From assembly GCA_963822965.1 (NCBI GenBank), contig CAWGJT010000011.1, positions 64,001 to 128,000 on the forward strand: a DNA stretch of 64,000 nt. Direction: 5' to 3'. The DNA comes from an uncultured delta proteobacterium. Its GTDB lineage: Bacteria > Myxococcota_A > UBA9160 > UBA4427. This document shows positions 30,251 to 40,334 of this stretch, one piece after another. Below the pieces are notes generated by a model. It made no database searches and was not told where the DNA came from. It was given only the letters and a program-made list of their open reading frames with translations. The translations under genes and the position numbers were made by a program. Each line of letters starts with the position of its first letter. Position 1 is the stretch's first letter.

Positions 30251-30346
30251 CCCGCTGCGGGGCCTGAACCCCTCAGGCCCCTGATTGACATAGCGTGAAG
30301 TTATCGGACCTCGAGCGCAAAACCGCGCTTGAAACGCCTATCCGCC
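30251..30346 (+). repeat. 96-bp element, copy 2
   Basis: Identical to copy 1; joins a truncated IS481 transposase to a truncated nadE. Confidence 0.97.
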
Positions 30347-31706
30347 CGACCACGATCCCCCCGACGTCGTTCGCCAGGTCGAACAGGATCTGCGTGCGCT
30401 CGCGGGCCTGGGCGTTCTCGAAGACGACGTCGTGATCGTTCGGGTCGTGTCCGATGTCGCGGAAGTGCTGCAGGACGGCCGCCTGGATCGGAATCTCCCG
30501 CAGCTCGGTGCCGAGCCGCCGGGCCAGGGCGTCGGCGGAGCCGCGCGTCCGATCCGTCGTGCCGAAGCCCGGCATGTTGACGGTGAGGATGTCCTCGGGA
30601 CCGCGGCCCAGGCGCTTCATCGCCTCGGCACAGACGAGCAGGGCCAGGGTCGAATCGAGCCCACCCGAGAGGCCGAGGACGGGACGCGCCCCGCCGAGCC
30701 GGCGCGCGAGCCCGGTGGCCTGGAGGCTCAGGATCTCGCGGGCGCGCTCGTCCACGCGCGCGGGGTCCGCGGGCACGAACGGCCGCGGGTCGACGGCGCG
30801 CTCCAGGGTCTCCAGCCGCGGGGCCGGTCCCAGACCGGTCACTGGGTAGGCCTCGCCGCGCGACTCACCGAAGGTCATGTTGCGCGAGCGCTCGTGGAGC
30901 AGCTTCTCGAGGTCGAGGTCGGCCAGGACCATCGATCCCTCGAGCCGCAGCCGCTCGCTCTCCGCGAGGAGCACGCCGTTCTCGGCGATCATCGCGTGCC
31001 CGCCGTAGACGAGGTCCTTCGTCGACTCGCTGGGACCCGACGAGACGTAGACGTAGCCGGCGTGGAGCCGGGCGGACTGCTGGCGGATGAGGTCGCGGCG
31101 GTAGTCGGCCTTCGTGACCCAGTCGTTGCTCGCAGACGGGTTCACGACGACGTTCGCGCCGGCCAGGGCATGCTGACACCTCGGCGGCACGGGCGCCCAC
31201 AGGTCTTCGCAGATCTCGACCGCGAAGACGAGCGGGCCGATCCGGAAGAGCTGGCGGGTCGTGAACGGGAACCCCTCCGCGAAGTCGATCGCGCCCGCTC
31301 CCGACGTGAACCAGCGCTTCTCGTAGTACTCCCCGTAGTTGACGAGGTGCGTCTTCGGCACGGCACCCTGAATGCGACCGCCGTGCAGGACGAATGCGGT
31401 GTTGTAGAGGCGGCCGTCCGGCGTCCGGTACGGGGCGCCGACGACCAGCGCGGGCAGCCCGGCGCTCGCGCGGGCCAGCCAGTCCAGGGCGCGGCGCGTC
31501 TCCGCCAGGAGCTCCGCCGACTGGAAGAGGTCCTCGCAGCTGTGGCCCGTGAGACCGAGCTCGGGAAAGACCACCAGCCCGGCGCCACGATCGCGGGCGC
31601 GCTCCGCCCACGCCAGCGTCGTCCTGGCGTTGGCCGCCGGATCACCGAGGGCCAGCGGCGGCGAGACCGCGGCCACGCGGTGGAACCCCAGAGCCGAGTA
31701 GTCCAT
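30347..31706 (-). pseudogene. nadE: Glutamine-dependent NAD+ synthetase, 3'-truncated at repeat copy 2
   Basis: Nitrilase domain (FPELGLTG, VPKTHL, EICEDLW), GLSGGLDST, ENAQARERT; similarity ends at GGIVVG, before the expected TGDLSE. Confidence 0.9.
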
Positions 31707-31861
31707 GGGCGGGGAGTGTACGCCGCCATCTCCCGGCTCACGATCGCCGAGCGACGCCTCCACGACGCGGTCCCCGGGGCGGGTGGTCCGTCTCAAGTCC
31801 CGGAGCCGCCGATCCGAATCAGACCGTCGGAGCGCCGGGAGTCTCGCAGGGGGAGTGCAAG

Positions 31862-32479
31862 ATGGCCGCAAAAGCCTGCATCAAGGGCTCGATCGTGGCG
31901 GGGCACGCCGAGAACCTGAAGAAGTACCTGGCCGAGGCGCAGCCCTCCCAGCCGGTCCTCGACCAGGCCTTCCGGGCCGGCGAGATCGAGCTGCTCACGG
32001 GCCCGATCGATTCGATCAAGTGGTACGACATCCGGACGTACGAGCGGCTGCTGATCTTCCTCCGCGACCATCTGGGCGACGGCCGCAAGGAGTATCTCGT
32101 CGCGGCGGGCAGGCGCTCCGCCCAGAAGCTGCTGGATGCCGGCATCCACCAGCAGTTCGAGTACCTGAGCCGCACCCAGGTCGCCTCCAAGACGGACAAG
32201 CACGAGCGGCACGCGGCGTTCGGCCGCGACCTGCGCCTCCTCAGCACCATCTCGGGAGCGATCCTCAACTTCACGACGCCGGTGGTGATTCCCGACCCCG
32301 ACAACACGCTGCGTTGGATCATCGAGCACGCAGACGCGGCGGACTATCCCGAGCCCCTGTGCTGGACCGCCCAGGGCTTCAACAACCGGATGGCCGAAGT
32401 GCACGGTGTACCCGACCTGTGGTACTGGGAGCGGCCCCGACCCGACGTCGTCCGGTTCCGGATGAATCGCGAGGTCTAG
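31862..32479 (+). CDS. Hypothetical protein
   Basis: 205-aa ORF with strong coding bias; IKGS and WY motifs; GGAG RBS. Confidence 0.7.
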   Translation: MAAKACIKGSIVAGHAENLKKYLAEAQPSQPVLDQAFRAGEIELLTGPIDSIKWYDIRTYERLLIFLRDHLGDGRKEYLVAAGRRSAQKLLDAGIHQQFEYLSRTQVASKTDKHERHAAFGRDLRLLSTISGAILNFTTPVVIPDPDNTLRWIIEHADAADYPEPLCWTAQGFNNRMAEVHGVPDLWYWERPRPDVVRFRMNREV

Positions 32480-32508
32480 AGCGCCCTGCGCGGCGGGAGC
32501 CGCGCGCG

Positions 32509-34194
32509 TCACGGGGCGGGCTTCGCGCCGCGCCGCATCTGCTCGAGCTGCACGAGAGCGGCCCGGGCGAAGTCGGTCCGGGCGCCGCCGGCGGACACGG
32601 CGCCCTCCAGGGCACCCTGCGCCGCGTCGAGGTCTCCCTTGACGATGTAGCCCTGCGCGAGGACCAGCAGGTCTTCCTGGTTGGGGTGGGGGATCGACTT
32701 CACACGCTCGATCCAATCGTCGGCGAACTCGATCAGCAGCGCGTCGAAGCCGGGCGTGCCCCGCAGGTTCGCGTAGCGGGGCGTGAGCAGCACGTCGAGC
32801 TTCCGGAACCCCATGTCTCGCGCCCGCTCGAGGTACTCGACGGCGGACTCGCGCTCGCCCCGTGCGGCGGCCTTCGCAGCGCGCGCGACGAGCGCCCAGC
32901 GACCCTCCGGGTAGTGGATCATGGTGTCCGCCATCACGGTGGTCTCGCTCCGCCAGACGAAGGAGCGCGCATAGGCCAGTCGAGCGAGCGCGGCGATCCA
33001 GACGACCGCCAGGACGGCGAGCACACGACCCAGGTGCGCGAATGCCGGGCGACCTGGGACGGCCGGGATCCGCTGGACGGCCTCGGCTCCCGCGAGCAGG
33101 ACGCCGCCGATCAGGCCGGGAAGAATGAAGTAGAGGTAGCGATCCGCGATGATGTGCGGCAGCGGCACGACGCCGCTGATCGGTGCGAAGGAGAGCGCCG
33201 CCCAGATCCAGAACGCCGCCTCGACGCTCCGCCGGCGGAGCGTCACCGCCAGGCGCCAGCCGAGGACGCCGAGCACCGGAAGCGAGGCGAGCCACCACGG
33301 GTCGAGCCACGAGGTGGCCGGCTTCAGATCCTGGAAGGGCGAGAGGCCGTACCCGGAGACCGCCATCGCGAGATAGCGAAGCGCCACGGCGAAGATCGTG
33401 CGCACCCGGGTGGCGAGATCGGGGATCTGGACCACGTAGGTGCCGGCGGTCTCGGAGAAGGCGCGGATCTCGGCGAGGCCGAAGGCCAGCAGCGCCACGC
33501 CCCAGCCCGCAAGCCACCGCCAGCGCCAGTCCCGGGCACCGCCCGGCGGGACCCCGGCCGCGGCGCCCCGCTGCACGGCCAGCCCCAGGGCGATGGCGAC
33601 GAAGATGCCGACCGCGGCCATCGGCTTGGCGAGCAGCGCGAGCGCGAAGGATGCCAGCGCGAGGGCGGGACGCTTCGGGTGCCACAGGAGCCCGGCCAGC
33701 ATCAGCACCATCGCGGAGGTCGTCTTGAGCTGGCTGATCCAGGCCACCGCCTCGACGTTCGCCGGATGCAGCAGGAAGAAGCTGGCTCCCAGCAGGGACG
33801 GAATCTCGCGGCCCGTCCAGCGTCGGAGCAGGACGAAGAGCAGCGCCGAGGCCAGCGCGTGGGCCAGCACGTTGACCAGGTGGTGGGCGATGACCTGTCC
33901 ACCGAAGAGCTGCCACACGATGCCATGCAGGAGCAGATGGACCGGTGCGTAGTTCTCCACCACCCGGATCAGGGGCCCGCTGGGGTCCAGGATCGCGAGC
34001 ACGTTCGCCACGTTGAGATGGTGCACGTACTCGTTGAGCTGGACGTAGTAGACGTCGTCGGAGACGAAGCTCCCGTTCAGCGCATGGAAGTAGACGGCGC
34101 CGGCCCACAGCGAGAAGGTGACCAGGACGAGCGCGATGGAGATCGGCTTCGCCGGGGCCGCCGCCACGGCATCGCTCCGCTCTCCCGCCTCCAT
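32509..34194 (-). CDS. TMTC-like membrane glycosyltransferase with TPR-like tail
   Basis: FVSDD, HLVNVLAH, HPANVEAVAWISQ, LLAKP, ADRYLY, VWRSE. Confidence 0.75.
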   Translation of the reverse strand: MEAGERSDAVAAAPAKPISIALVLVTFSLWAGAVYFHALNGSFVSDDVYYVQLNEYVHHLNVANVLAILDPSGPLIRVVENYAPVHLLLHGIVWQLFGGQVIAHHLVNVLAHALASALLFVLLRRWTGREIPSLLGASFFLLHPANVEAVAWISQLKTTSAMVLMLAGLLWHPKRPALALASFALALLAKPMAAVGIFVAIALGLAVQRGAAAGVPPGGARDWRWRWLAGWGVALLAFGLAEIRAFSETAGTYVVQIPDLATRVRTIFAVALRYLAMAVSGYGLSPFQDLKPATSWLDPWWLASLPVLGVLGWRLAVTLRRRSVEAAFWIWAALSFAPISGVVPLPHIIADRYLYFILPGLIGGVLLAGAEAVQRIPAVPGRPAFAHLGRVLAVLAVVWIAALARLAYARSFVWRSETTVMADTMIHYPEGRWALVARAAKAAARGERESAVEYLERARDMGFRKLDVLLTPRYANLRGTPGFDALLIEFADDWIERVKSIPHPNQEDLLVLAQGYIVKGDLDAAQGALEGAVSAGGARTDFARAALVQLEQMRRGAKPAP

Positions 34195-34390
34195 CGTCGG
34201 CCTCCCTGCCCCGGGCATCGGTGCGAGCGTAGCCAACTCGACCGGGACGGAGTGCCACAGCCGACCCGATGCGCCCCAGCCGCGAGCCGCTTCCCGCGGC
34301 GCGGCCGTGCGAGGCAGGGCGCGAACGTGCCATCCGGCTTTACAGCTCCACGGCGATCGTCATAGGATGGTGGCCTCGTCGGGAGGACCC

Positions 34391-34764
34391 ATGTGAGGAT
34401 TCCGACTCGTCCTCGTCGCGCTCGTCGGCGCCGGACCTGCGACGGCCACGACGATCACCCTGTCGCAGGCCCAGCTCCTCGACGCCGACGAGGTGACGGC
34501 ATTCTTCGGCGGCAACGGGCAGGTCCTGAGCCGAACGGCCGACGGCGACGGCGTGCTCTTCGAGATCGACGGGGGCACGATCGACTATGGGAAGGTCGCG
34601 GTCCGTCTCCGCCTGAACGGCGCCGATCTCACCGCGTACGACGACTTCGGCCTGCATTTCGACGTCGTCTCCGCGCCGAACCCGATGCTCGCCAACCCGT
34701 TCGTCCAGACCGGCCTCCTGGGAACAATCTTCAACGAGTACGTCTCCGGTGACGTCGTGCAGGG
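34391..34764 (+). pseudogene. Secreted protein gene with TGA at codon 2, 3'-truncated by repeat copy 3
   Basis: GGAGG RBS; M*GFRLVLVALVGAGPATATTITLSQ signal peptide; frame runs into PLRGLNPSGP*. Confidence 0.7.
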
Positions 34765-34860
34765 CCCGCTGCGGGGCCTGAACCCCTCAGGCCCCTGATT
34801 GACATAGCGTGAAGTTATCGGACCTCGAGCGCAAAACCGCGCTTGAAACGCCTATCCGCC
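34765..34860 (+). repeat. 96-bp element, copy 3
   Basis: Identical to copies 1 and 2. Confidence 0.97.
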
Positions 34861-34930
34861 TTCGTCCAGGAGGACGCGGGCGAGGAGCGCGCGCATCGCG
34901 CAGGACTTCGTCGCGCGAATGCCCGCGTAG
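34861..34930 (+). pseudogene. C-terminal fragment of a haloalkane-dehalogenase-like hydrolase
   Basis: FVQEDAGEE/ARIAQDFVARMPA* resembles the (H)FxQED.GEE C-terminus; starts exactly at the repeat end. Confidence 0.55.
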
Positions 34931-34938
34931 CCCGCCCG

Positions 34939-35115
34939 ATGCGCCTTCTGCCTCCCCCCGACAAGCTGGGCGTCGTCAAACGCCACCTTCGCTGGCTCCC
35001 GGCCATGCTCGCGTTGCTGCTCGCCAAGCAGGTCGCGGCCGTCCCGCTGGTGGCGATCGCCCTCTGGCTCTCGCTGCGCGATCGGGGAGCCCCGGCGCGC
35101 AGCTTCGAGGCCTGA
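34939..35115 (+). CDS. Small membrane protein
   Basis: 58 aa with a hydrophobic stretch. Confidence 0.4.
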   Translation: MRLLPPPDKLGVVKRHLRWLPAMLALLLAKQVAAVPLVAIALWLSLRDRGAPARSFEA

Positions 35116-35285
35116 GCCGAGCACCAGACGGGAGCCCCTCCTCGCGGGGAGCGGAGTAGCCTTCCGGACCCCGGACGACGACCGGCCTTTCGGAAGCCGG
35201 CTCCCGGTCGGCCGCCCGCCGCACGATGCGTCGGTGACGCCGCGCACCGAACCTCGACTGACACAAAAATGAGTTTCAACGAGGC

Positions 35286-36599
35286 GTGCCGGTCGTCACC
35301 CGGCGATCGTGCGTCCCGTCACCTCTGGTTTCTTTCTTGCGGCAGCCACCTTCAGCCGTGACTTCAGTCACGGGCCGGCCCTTCCTCGCGCCCGAGAGAA
35401 GAACATCGTCTGCGACAGCGCGAGGTTGGATGTCATGCGATGGACTGTTCGAAAGTTTTCCTGCTCTTCCTGCTCTTCCTTCGACGGCTCGGCGTTGGGC
35501 CGCCGTCGTCTCGATGATGCTCGTTGCCGCCGCAGCCCACGATGCGCACGCGATCGTCGTCGAGGGCATGTCCGCTCAGTTCGCCTGGACGCCGGCGGCG
35601 GGGCCGGTGGCCGGGTACCGGGTGTTCGTGACCCGCGACGGTATCACCGGGACGACGCCGGAGATCAGCGTGTCGACCACCGGGGCCACGATCCCGGGCC
35701 AGGTGGGCGAGACCCTTGGCGTGCAGGTAGCGGCCTTCGACGCGGCGGGCAATCAGGGACCGCTCAGCGTCGCCTCGGACAGCGTGACCCTGGCCGCCGT
35801 CCCGCCGCCCCCCTCGGTGGTGATCGACGTCGCAGGCGACTACTCGCTCGAGGACGCCCTGGCAACGGCCACCCCCGGCGAGCAGGTGGTGGTCCACCTC
35901 CAGGGCACCGGCAAGCAACTGCTGGACACCGCGCCGCCCGCGGACCTCGCAGCGGGCGAGACCTGGGGGATCGACCAGCTGGTGGTCGGGAGCCCCGACG
36001 CCCCCGCGACGGTGCGCCTCATCGACGCCATCGGCCTCGACCAGTCGACGCCGCCCGCGAGCCTACCGACGGTCACCCTGGCGGGCCTCGGCAACGGCGC
36101 GCCGTGCGCGCGGGACGGCGCCCCCGGACTCGTCATGCAGCCGGGCTCTCGCCTGGTGCTGGGAGGGATCGATCTCTACGCGTTCGACGGGCAGACTTGC
36201 GTGCACGTGAACGAGCTCTTCCCCGGGCCGTCGGATCCGAACGTCGTCGCCTACGGGGGAGGTGAGATCCAGCTCTACGGCGACTTGGACGACGACAGCG
36301 TGCTCGACCCGGACGACAACTGCCTGCTCGTCGCCAATCCTGAGCAGTGCGACACCAACGGAGACGGCTTCGGCAATCTCTGCGACTTCGACGTCGACGG
36401 GGATGGGGTCGTCAGTCTCCGCGACGTCAGCATGGAGCACGACGCCGCTGTGGCGACGAGCGCCGCGCCGAACCTCGATTTCGACTGCGACGGAGGCGTG
36501 AGCCTCAACGACGTCAGCCTGGTGGCAGACGCGGTTGGACTGGCTCCGGGTCCCTCCGGCCTGGCGTGCACCGCGGATGCCAGCTGCGAAGGACCGTGA
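35286..36599 (+). CDS. Secreted protein with Fn3-like domain and TSP3/dockerin-like Ca-binding repeats; start uncertain
   Basis: AHA signal cleavage, W..AAGPVAGYRV..VAAFDAAGNQGP, DNCLLVANPEQCDTNGDGFGNLCD, DFDCDGGVSLND. Confidence 0.75.
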   Translation: MPVVTRRSCVPSPLVSFLRQPPSAVTSVTGRPFLAPERRTSSATARGWMSCDGLFESFPALPALPSTARRWAAVVSMMLVAAAAHDAHAIVVEGMSAQFAWTPAAGPVAGYRVFVTRDGITGTTPEISVSTTGATIPGQVGETLGVQVAAFDAAGNQGPLSVASDSVTLAAVPPPPSVVIDVAGDYSLEDALATATPGEQVVVHLQGTGKQLLDTAPPADLAAGETWGIDQLVVGSPDAPATVRLIDAIGLDQSTPPASLPTVTLAGLGNGAPCARDGAPGLVMQPGSRLVLGGIDLYAFDGQTCVHVNELFPGPSDPNVVAYGGGEIQLYGDLDDDSVLDPDDNCLLVANPEQCDTNGDGFGNLCDFDVDGDGVVSLRDVSMEHDAAVATSAAPNLDFDCDGGVSLNDVSLVADAVGLAPGPSGLACTADASCEGP

Positions 36600-36921
36600 A
36601 CGCCGGTGCTTCGGTACGTCGGGCGTACGGGTCCCGCCGTTTCCCCATCCCGTTTCGCCCGGCCTCGCCCGCCCCGGACCCCACGCCGGGGCGGGCGCTC
36701 TGCCGAACGGGTCGCAGCCCGCGACGGAGGCGGTCCGCGCAACTCGAAGATTCCGCTGCCGAGACTCGTAGCGGCTCCCAAGACCGATGTAGTCCCCCGG
36801 CTCGCTCTTGAGGACGATCCCGGTCCGAGTCCTCTTGCCCTTCCCGACGGAACGCTGGCAGAATGCCAGAAGCCCATGTTCGCTCCGACGCCATCCACGA
36901 CGTGACCGATAGAACGGGCCC

Positions 36922-38808
36922 GTGCCCGAGCCGAGCCTCGCGAACGGCGATCCCGAAGCCCGCGGCATCGCCGACGGCGCTCGATCCGGTCGCTCGAAGG
37001 ATCCGCGTTTGGGACGCGGCGAACGAGTCGCCGAGGTGAGCCGCGCCGTCGTGCGTCGCGCCGCGTGGGGTCTCCTCCTGGGCGTCTGGATCGGGCTCGT
37101 CGACGGTGGATGGTCGCTGCTGCCGGGAAACGGCCCGGAGGATCGGCTGCTGTCCATGGCCGTCGCGATCGGTCTGCACGTCGCGCTCTTCACGTCGCTC
37201 GCGATCGTGTTCGGTGGCGTGCTCGCGCTCGTCCGCCGCGCGCCTCCGACGGAAGCCCGCATCCAGGCACGCGTGCGCCGAGCGCGACGGCTCGCGCTGC
37301 GCGGCGCGATCGCCGGTGGGATCGCCGCCGTCGCACTCGCCGTCCTCGGCGCGGGCACCGTCCGTCCGGGATCGTCGAGTGCCCCCGAGGACTCGCGGCC
37401 GAACCTGATCCTGATCTCGGTCGACACGCTCCGCGCCGATCACCTCGGTGCCTATGGATACGACCGGGACACCAGCCCACATCTCGACGCGCTGGTACGG
37501 CAGGGCATCCTCTTCGAGCACGCCTATTCCAGCGCCAGCTGGACGCTGCCCGCGCACGCCACGCTGCTGACGGGGCTCGATCCGATGGTGCACGGCGCAC
37601 TCACCGAGCGGAGTGGGCTGCCGAGGGAGATCGACACACTGGCCGACCAGCTCCGCGCGGCCGGCTACCGGACGGAGGCGTGGGTCGGTACGTCTCCGTA
37701 CGGCTATGTTGGCGCGGCCTACGGTTTGAGCTCCGGCTTCGACGACTACCGACACTACCCCCACCCGAAGCGCCATCGCGCCTCGCTGATCGCGCGCGCG
37801 GTCGATGGCACGATCCTGGCGTGGCTCGGGCACGACATGGCGAACGGCCACGACGAGGTCGACTCGGTGATCGACTGGCTGTGCGGTGCGGATCGGCGCC
37901 CGTTCTTCGTCTTCATCCACTTCTACGACGTGCACTCCAAGACATTCAGGCTGCCCTACGAAGCCCCGGGTCCGTTCCGCGATCGATTCTGTCCAGGTGC
38001 GCCGGACGGCTTCGGCGGGTGTCGCGGTGGTCTCTGTGCCAGCGAGCTGCTTCACGCGATGGCGAGCGGCCAAGAGCCTCCGTTCGACGCCGCGGAGCTC
38101 GACGTGGTCCGCTGCCTCTACGACGGAGCGATCGCATTCGTGGACGACGAGGTCGGCCGGCTGCTCGCCTTCGTCGACGAAAGCGGGCTCGGCGTGCGCA
38201 CGGTCGTCGTCGTGACAGCCGACCATGGCGAGGCCTTCTTCGAGCACGGAGTGCCGCTGCACCTGACGCTGCACGACGAGATCACGCGCGTGCCGCTCAT
38301 CGTCCGCGTGCCCGGAGGCGTGGCGGGCAAGCGTGCCCACGGCCTCGTCGGCCTGAAGGACGTCGCGCCCACCCTGCTCGAGCTGGCGGGAATCACGAAG
38401 AAGCTCATGCAGGGCGTCAGCCTGGTGCCCGTACTGCGGGAATGGTCCGTCGAGCACGAGGACGCGGTCGTCAGCGTCTCGCTCCGGGACGCGGCGATCC
38501 GGGATGGCGACCTGAAGTACATCGATCGCGGCCTCGAGAAGACCCGGCGCGGACCGGCCCCCGAGCTCTACCGGCTCTCCGACGATCCGCACGAGCGGGA
38601 CGACCGGATCGCCTGGGATACGCAGAACGCGGCGGCGCTCCTCCAGGAGCTCGACCGCCGACGGGCCGCGAGTGCGGCGCTGCGCACCCTGCTCCTCGGC
38701 CGGGACGCATCGGGCGAGAAGGTCGCGCTACCCGCAGAGGAGCGCGAGAAGCTTCGAGCGCTCGGATACCTGGCCGAGCCCGACCGCGCACCGACTGCGG
38801 AGCAATAG
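36922..38808 (+). CDS. Membrane-anchored sulfatase-like hydrolase
   Basis: PNLILISVDTLRADHL, SWTLPAHA, YDG.I..VD, TADHGE, VPLI, LRALGY. Confidence 0.85.
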   Translation: MPEPSLANGDPEARGIADGARSGRSKDPRLGRGERVAEVSRAVVRRAAWGLLLGVWIGLVDGGWSLLPGNGPEDRLLSMAVAIGLHVALFTSLAIVFGGVLALVRRAPPTEARIQARVRRARRLALRGAIAGGIAAVALAVLGAGTVRPGSSSAPEDSRPNLILISVDTLRADHLGAYGYDRDTSPHLDALVRQGILFEHAYSSASWTLPAHATLLTGLDPMVHGALTERSGLPREIDTLADQLRAAGYRTEAWVGTSPYGYVGAAYGLSSGFDDYRHYPHPKRHRASLIARAVDGTILAWLGHDMANGHDEVDSVIDWLCGADRRPFFVFIHFYDVHSKTFRLPYEAPGPFRDRFCPGAPDGFGGCRGGLCASELLHAMASGQEPPFDAAELDVVRCLYDGAIAFVDDEVGRLLAFVDESGLGVRTVVVVTADHGEAFFEHGVPLHLTLHDEITRVPLIVRVPGGVAGKRAHGLVGLKDVAPTLLELAGITKKLMQGVSLVPVLREWSVEHEDAVVSVSLRDAAIRDGDLKYIDRGLEKTRRGPAPELYRLSDDPHERDDRIAWDTQNAAALLQELDRRRAASAALRTLLLGRDASGEKVALPAEEREKLRALGYLAEPDRAPTAEQ

Positions 38809-39001
38809 GTCGCCGGCGATCAGGGCCGGCGGCGGCGCGCCCGTGCGGCCACCGCGATTCCCGCGAGGAGCAGCAGGCCAGTCGCCGGCTCCGGAATCTG
38901 AATGATCGGGACGCCGGCGTAGCTGACTCTCGCGGGCCTGGGCCGCCCGAACGGCGGGTCGCACGGGCGGCCGAATGCCGGCGAACTTCTGACTCAGGAC
39001 A

Positions 39002-39918
39002 CTAGCCCCTCGGCGTCCAGCGCCCCGTGATGAGCGGCAGGTCGGCGTAGGTGCGAATGCCGGGCGCGGCGGCGCACACGGCCGGGATCGCGGCCACCAC
39101 CGGCATGGAGGTGACGGTGTTCGCCATGTCGACGTAGTCCTCGAGACCGGCACCCCGCTTCGCGGGCGTGAAGCGTACCCGGGTGTGGACGTTCGGGTCA
39201 CCCTCGACCTCCATCGTGTAGCCGTGGTGGATGGGCCATTCCGGGTCGAGGCCCCGGCCGGCGATCCAGCACACGTCGAGCTCGAGCACGGGCTCCTCCT
39301 GGCCCAGGGCCCGGGCGGTCCAGGTGGACTTCTGGCCGGCGATCGTGCCGGCGGGCATCCGGAACCCGAAGTACTCCCGGTCCTCGGGCGTGATCGCCCA
39401 CTCGCAGTCGAAGCGTCGCTCGGCCACGGGCACGCCCAGCATCTCCGCCATCACGTCGAGGCACTCGTCGTAGAAGCCGAGCACCTGGCGGCTGGCCTCC
39501 AGCCACTTCGGGTCGGGTGTCTGCCCCCATCCCAGGTTCGCGTAGTTGTGGATGGCCTGGTACGTGGAGACGTCCACGGACTCGAGGAAGCGCACCCGGC
39601 GGAAGCCGTGACTCACCGTGGCCATCTGGGCGGCGATGTAGTTCGCGAAGCCCGGGAAGATTCCGGAGCCGAAGAGGCTCGCGCCGCCCGCCGCGGCGGC
39701 CTTCTCGACGCGGGCCCGCGCCTCCTCGCCCCACGAGCGGCAGTTCGTGAGGTTGCTCGCCGCGACGTCGAGCCCCGCCTCGAGCAGCCGGCAGATCTCG
39801 TCGACGTCGGGATGATTCGGCGTGTAGCAGACGCAGTCGGCGCCGAGGGCGACGAGCGCCTCGACGTCGTGGGTGGCGGCGACGCCGAGGCGGCCCAGTC
39901 CGCACAGCTCGCCGACGG
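39002..39918 (-). pseudogene. Dihydrodipicolinate-reductase-like oxidoreductase, 5'-truncated
   Basis: VGELCGL..GVAAT, ADCVCY, GSGIFPGF, AIPAVCAAAPGIRTYADLP; N-terminal Rossmann motif absent, in-frame stop just upstream. Confidence 0.75.
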
Positions 39919-40022
39919 CGCGGCTGCTTCGCTACGCGGCTGTAAGCGGTCATTTCGGAGCGTTCTCCCGGAGCCGATCGGGCTGATCTAAGAACCGACC
40001 TTCCCAGAGGAGGAGGGTTCGG

Positions 40023-40331
40023 ATGCGAGTTTAGTCGAACGGGAAGATCCGTCGGACGGCTTCGGAGTGGGAGGCATTGCTCAGGGCGCAGCGCGAGAGC
40101 GGGCTGTCGGAGGCGGCCTTCTGCCGCCGCAAGAAGATCTCGAAGAGCAGCTTCTCGAAGGCGAAGCAGCGGCACCCGCGGCGGTGCGCCAACCGCCAGC
40201 CCAAGGCGCCGGCCTTCGTCGAGCTGTCGGGACCGGCGACGGGGGGACACGAAGCGCCGGCGACGTCGTTCACGGCGAGCGAGTTCGAGCTGAGCCTGCC
40301 GGGCGGCATCGTGCTGCGCTGGAAGGCGTAG
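40023..40331 (+). pseudogene. tnpA: IS66 TnpA with in-frame TAG at codon 4
   Basis: MRV*SNGKIRRTASEW..SGLSEAAFCRR..FVEL..ELSLPGGIVLR. Confidence 0.7.
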
Positions 40332-40334
40332 CCC

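Noticed and set aside
30251..30346. Repeat as a sequencing adapter
   Set aside because: It matches no adapter I recognise, and diverged natural relatives with conserved structure occur nearby. Read-level checking is still needed.
24024..34860. 96-bp repeats as a CRISPR array or integron attC sites
   Set aside because: Spacing is kilobases, there are no cas or intI genes, there is no RYYYAAC...GTTRRRY end-to-end palindrome, and the fragments do not respect gene boundaries.
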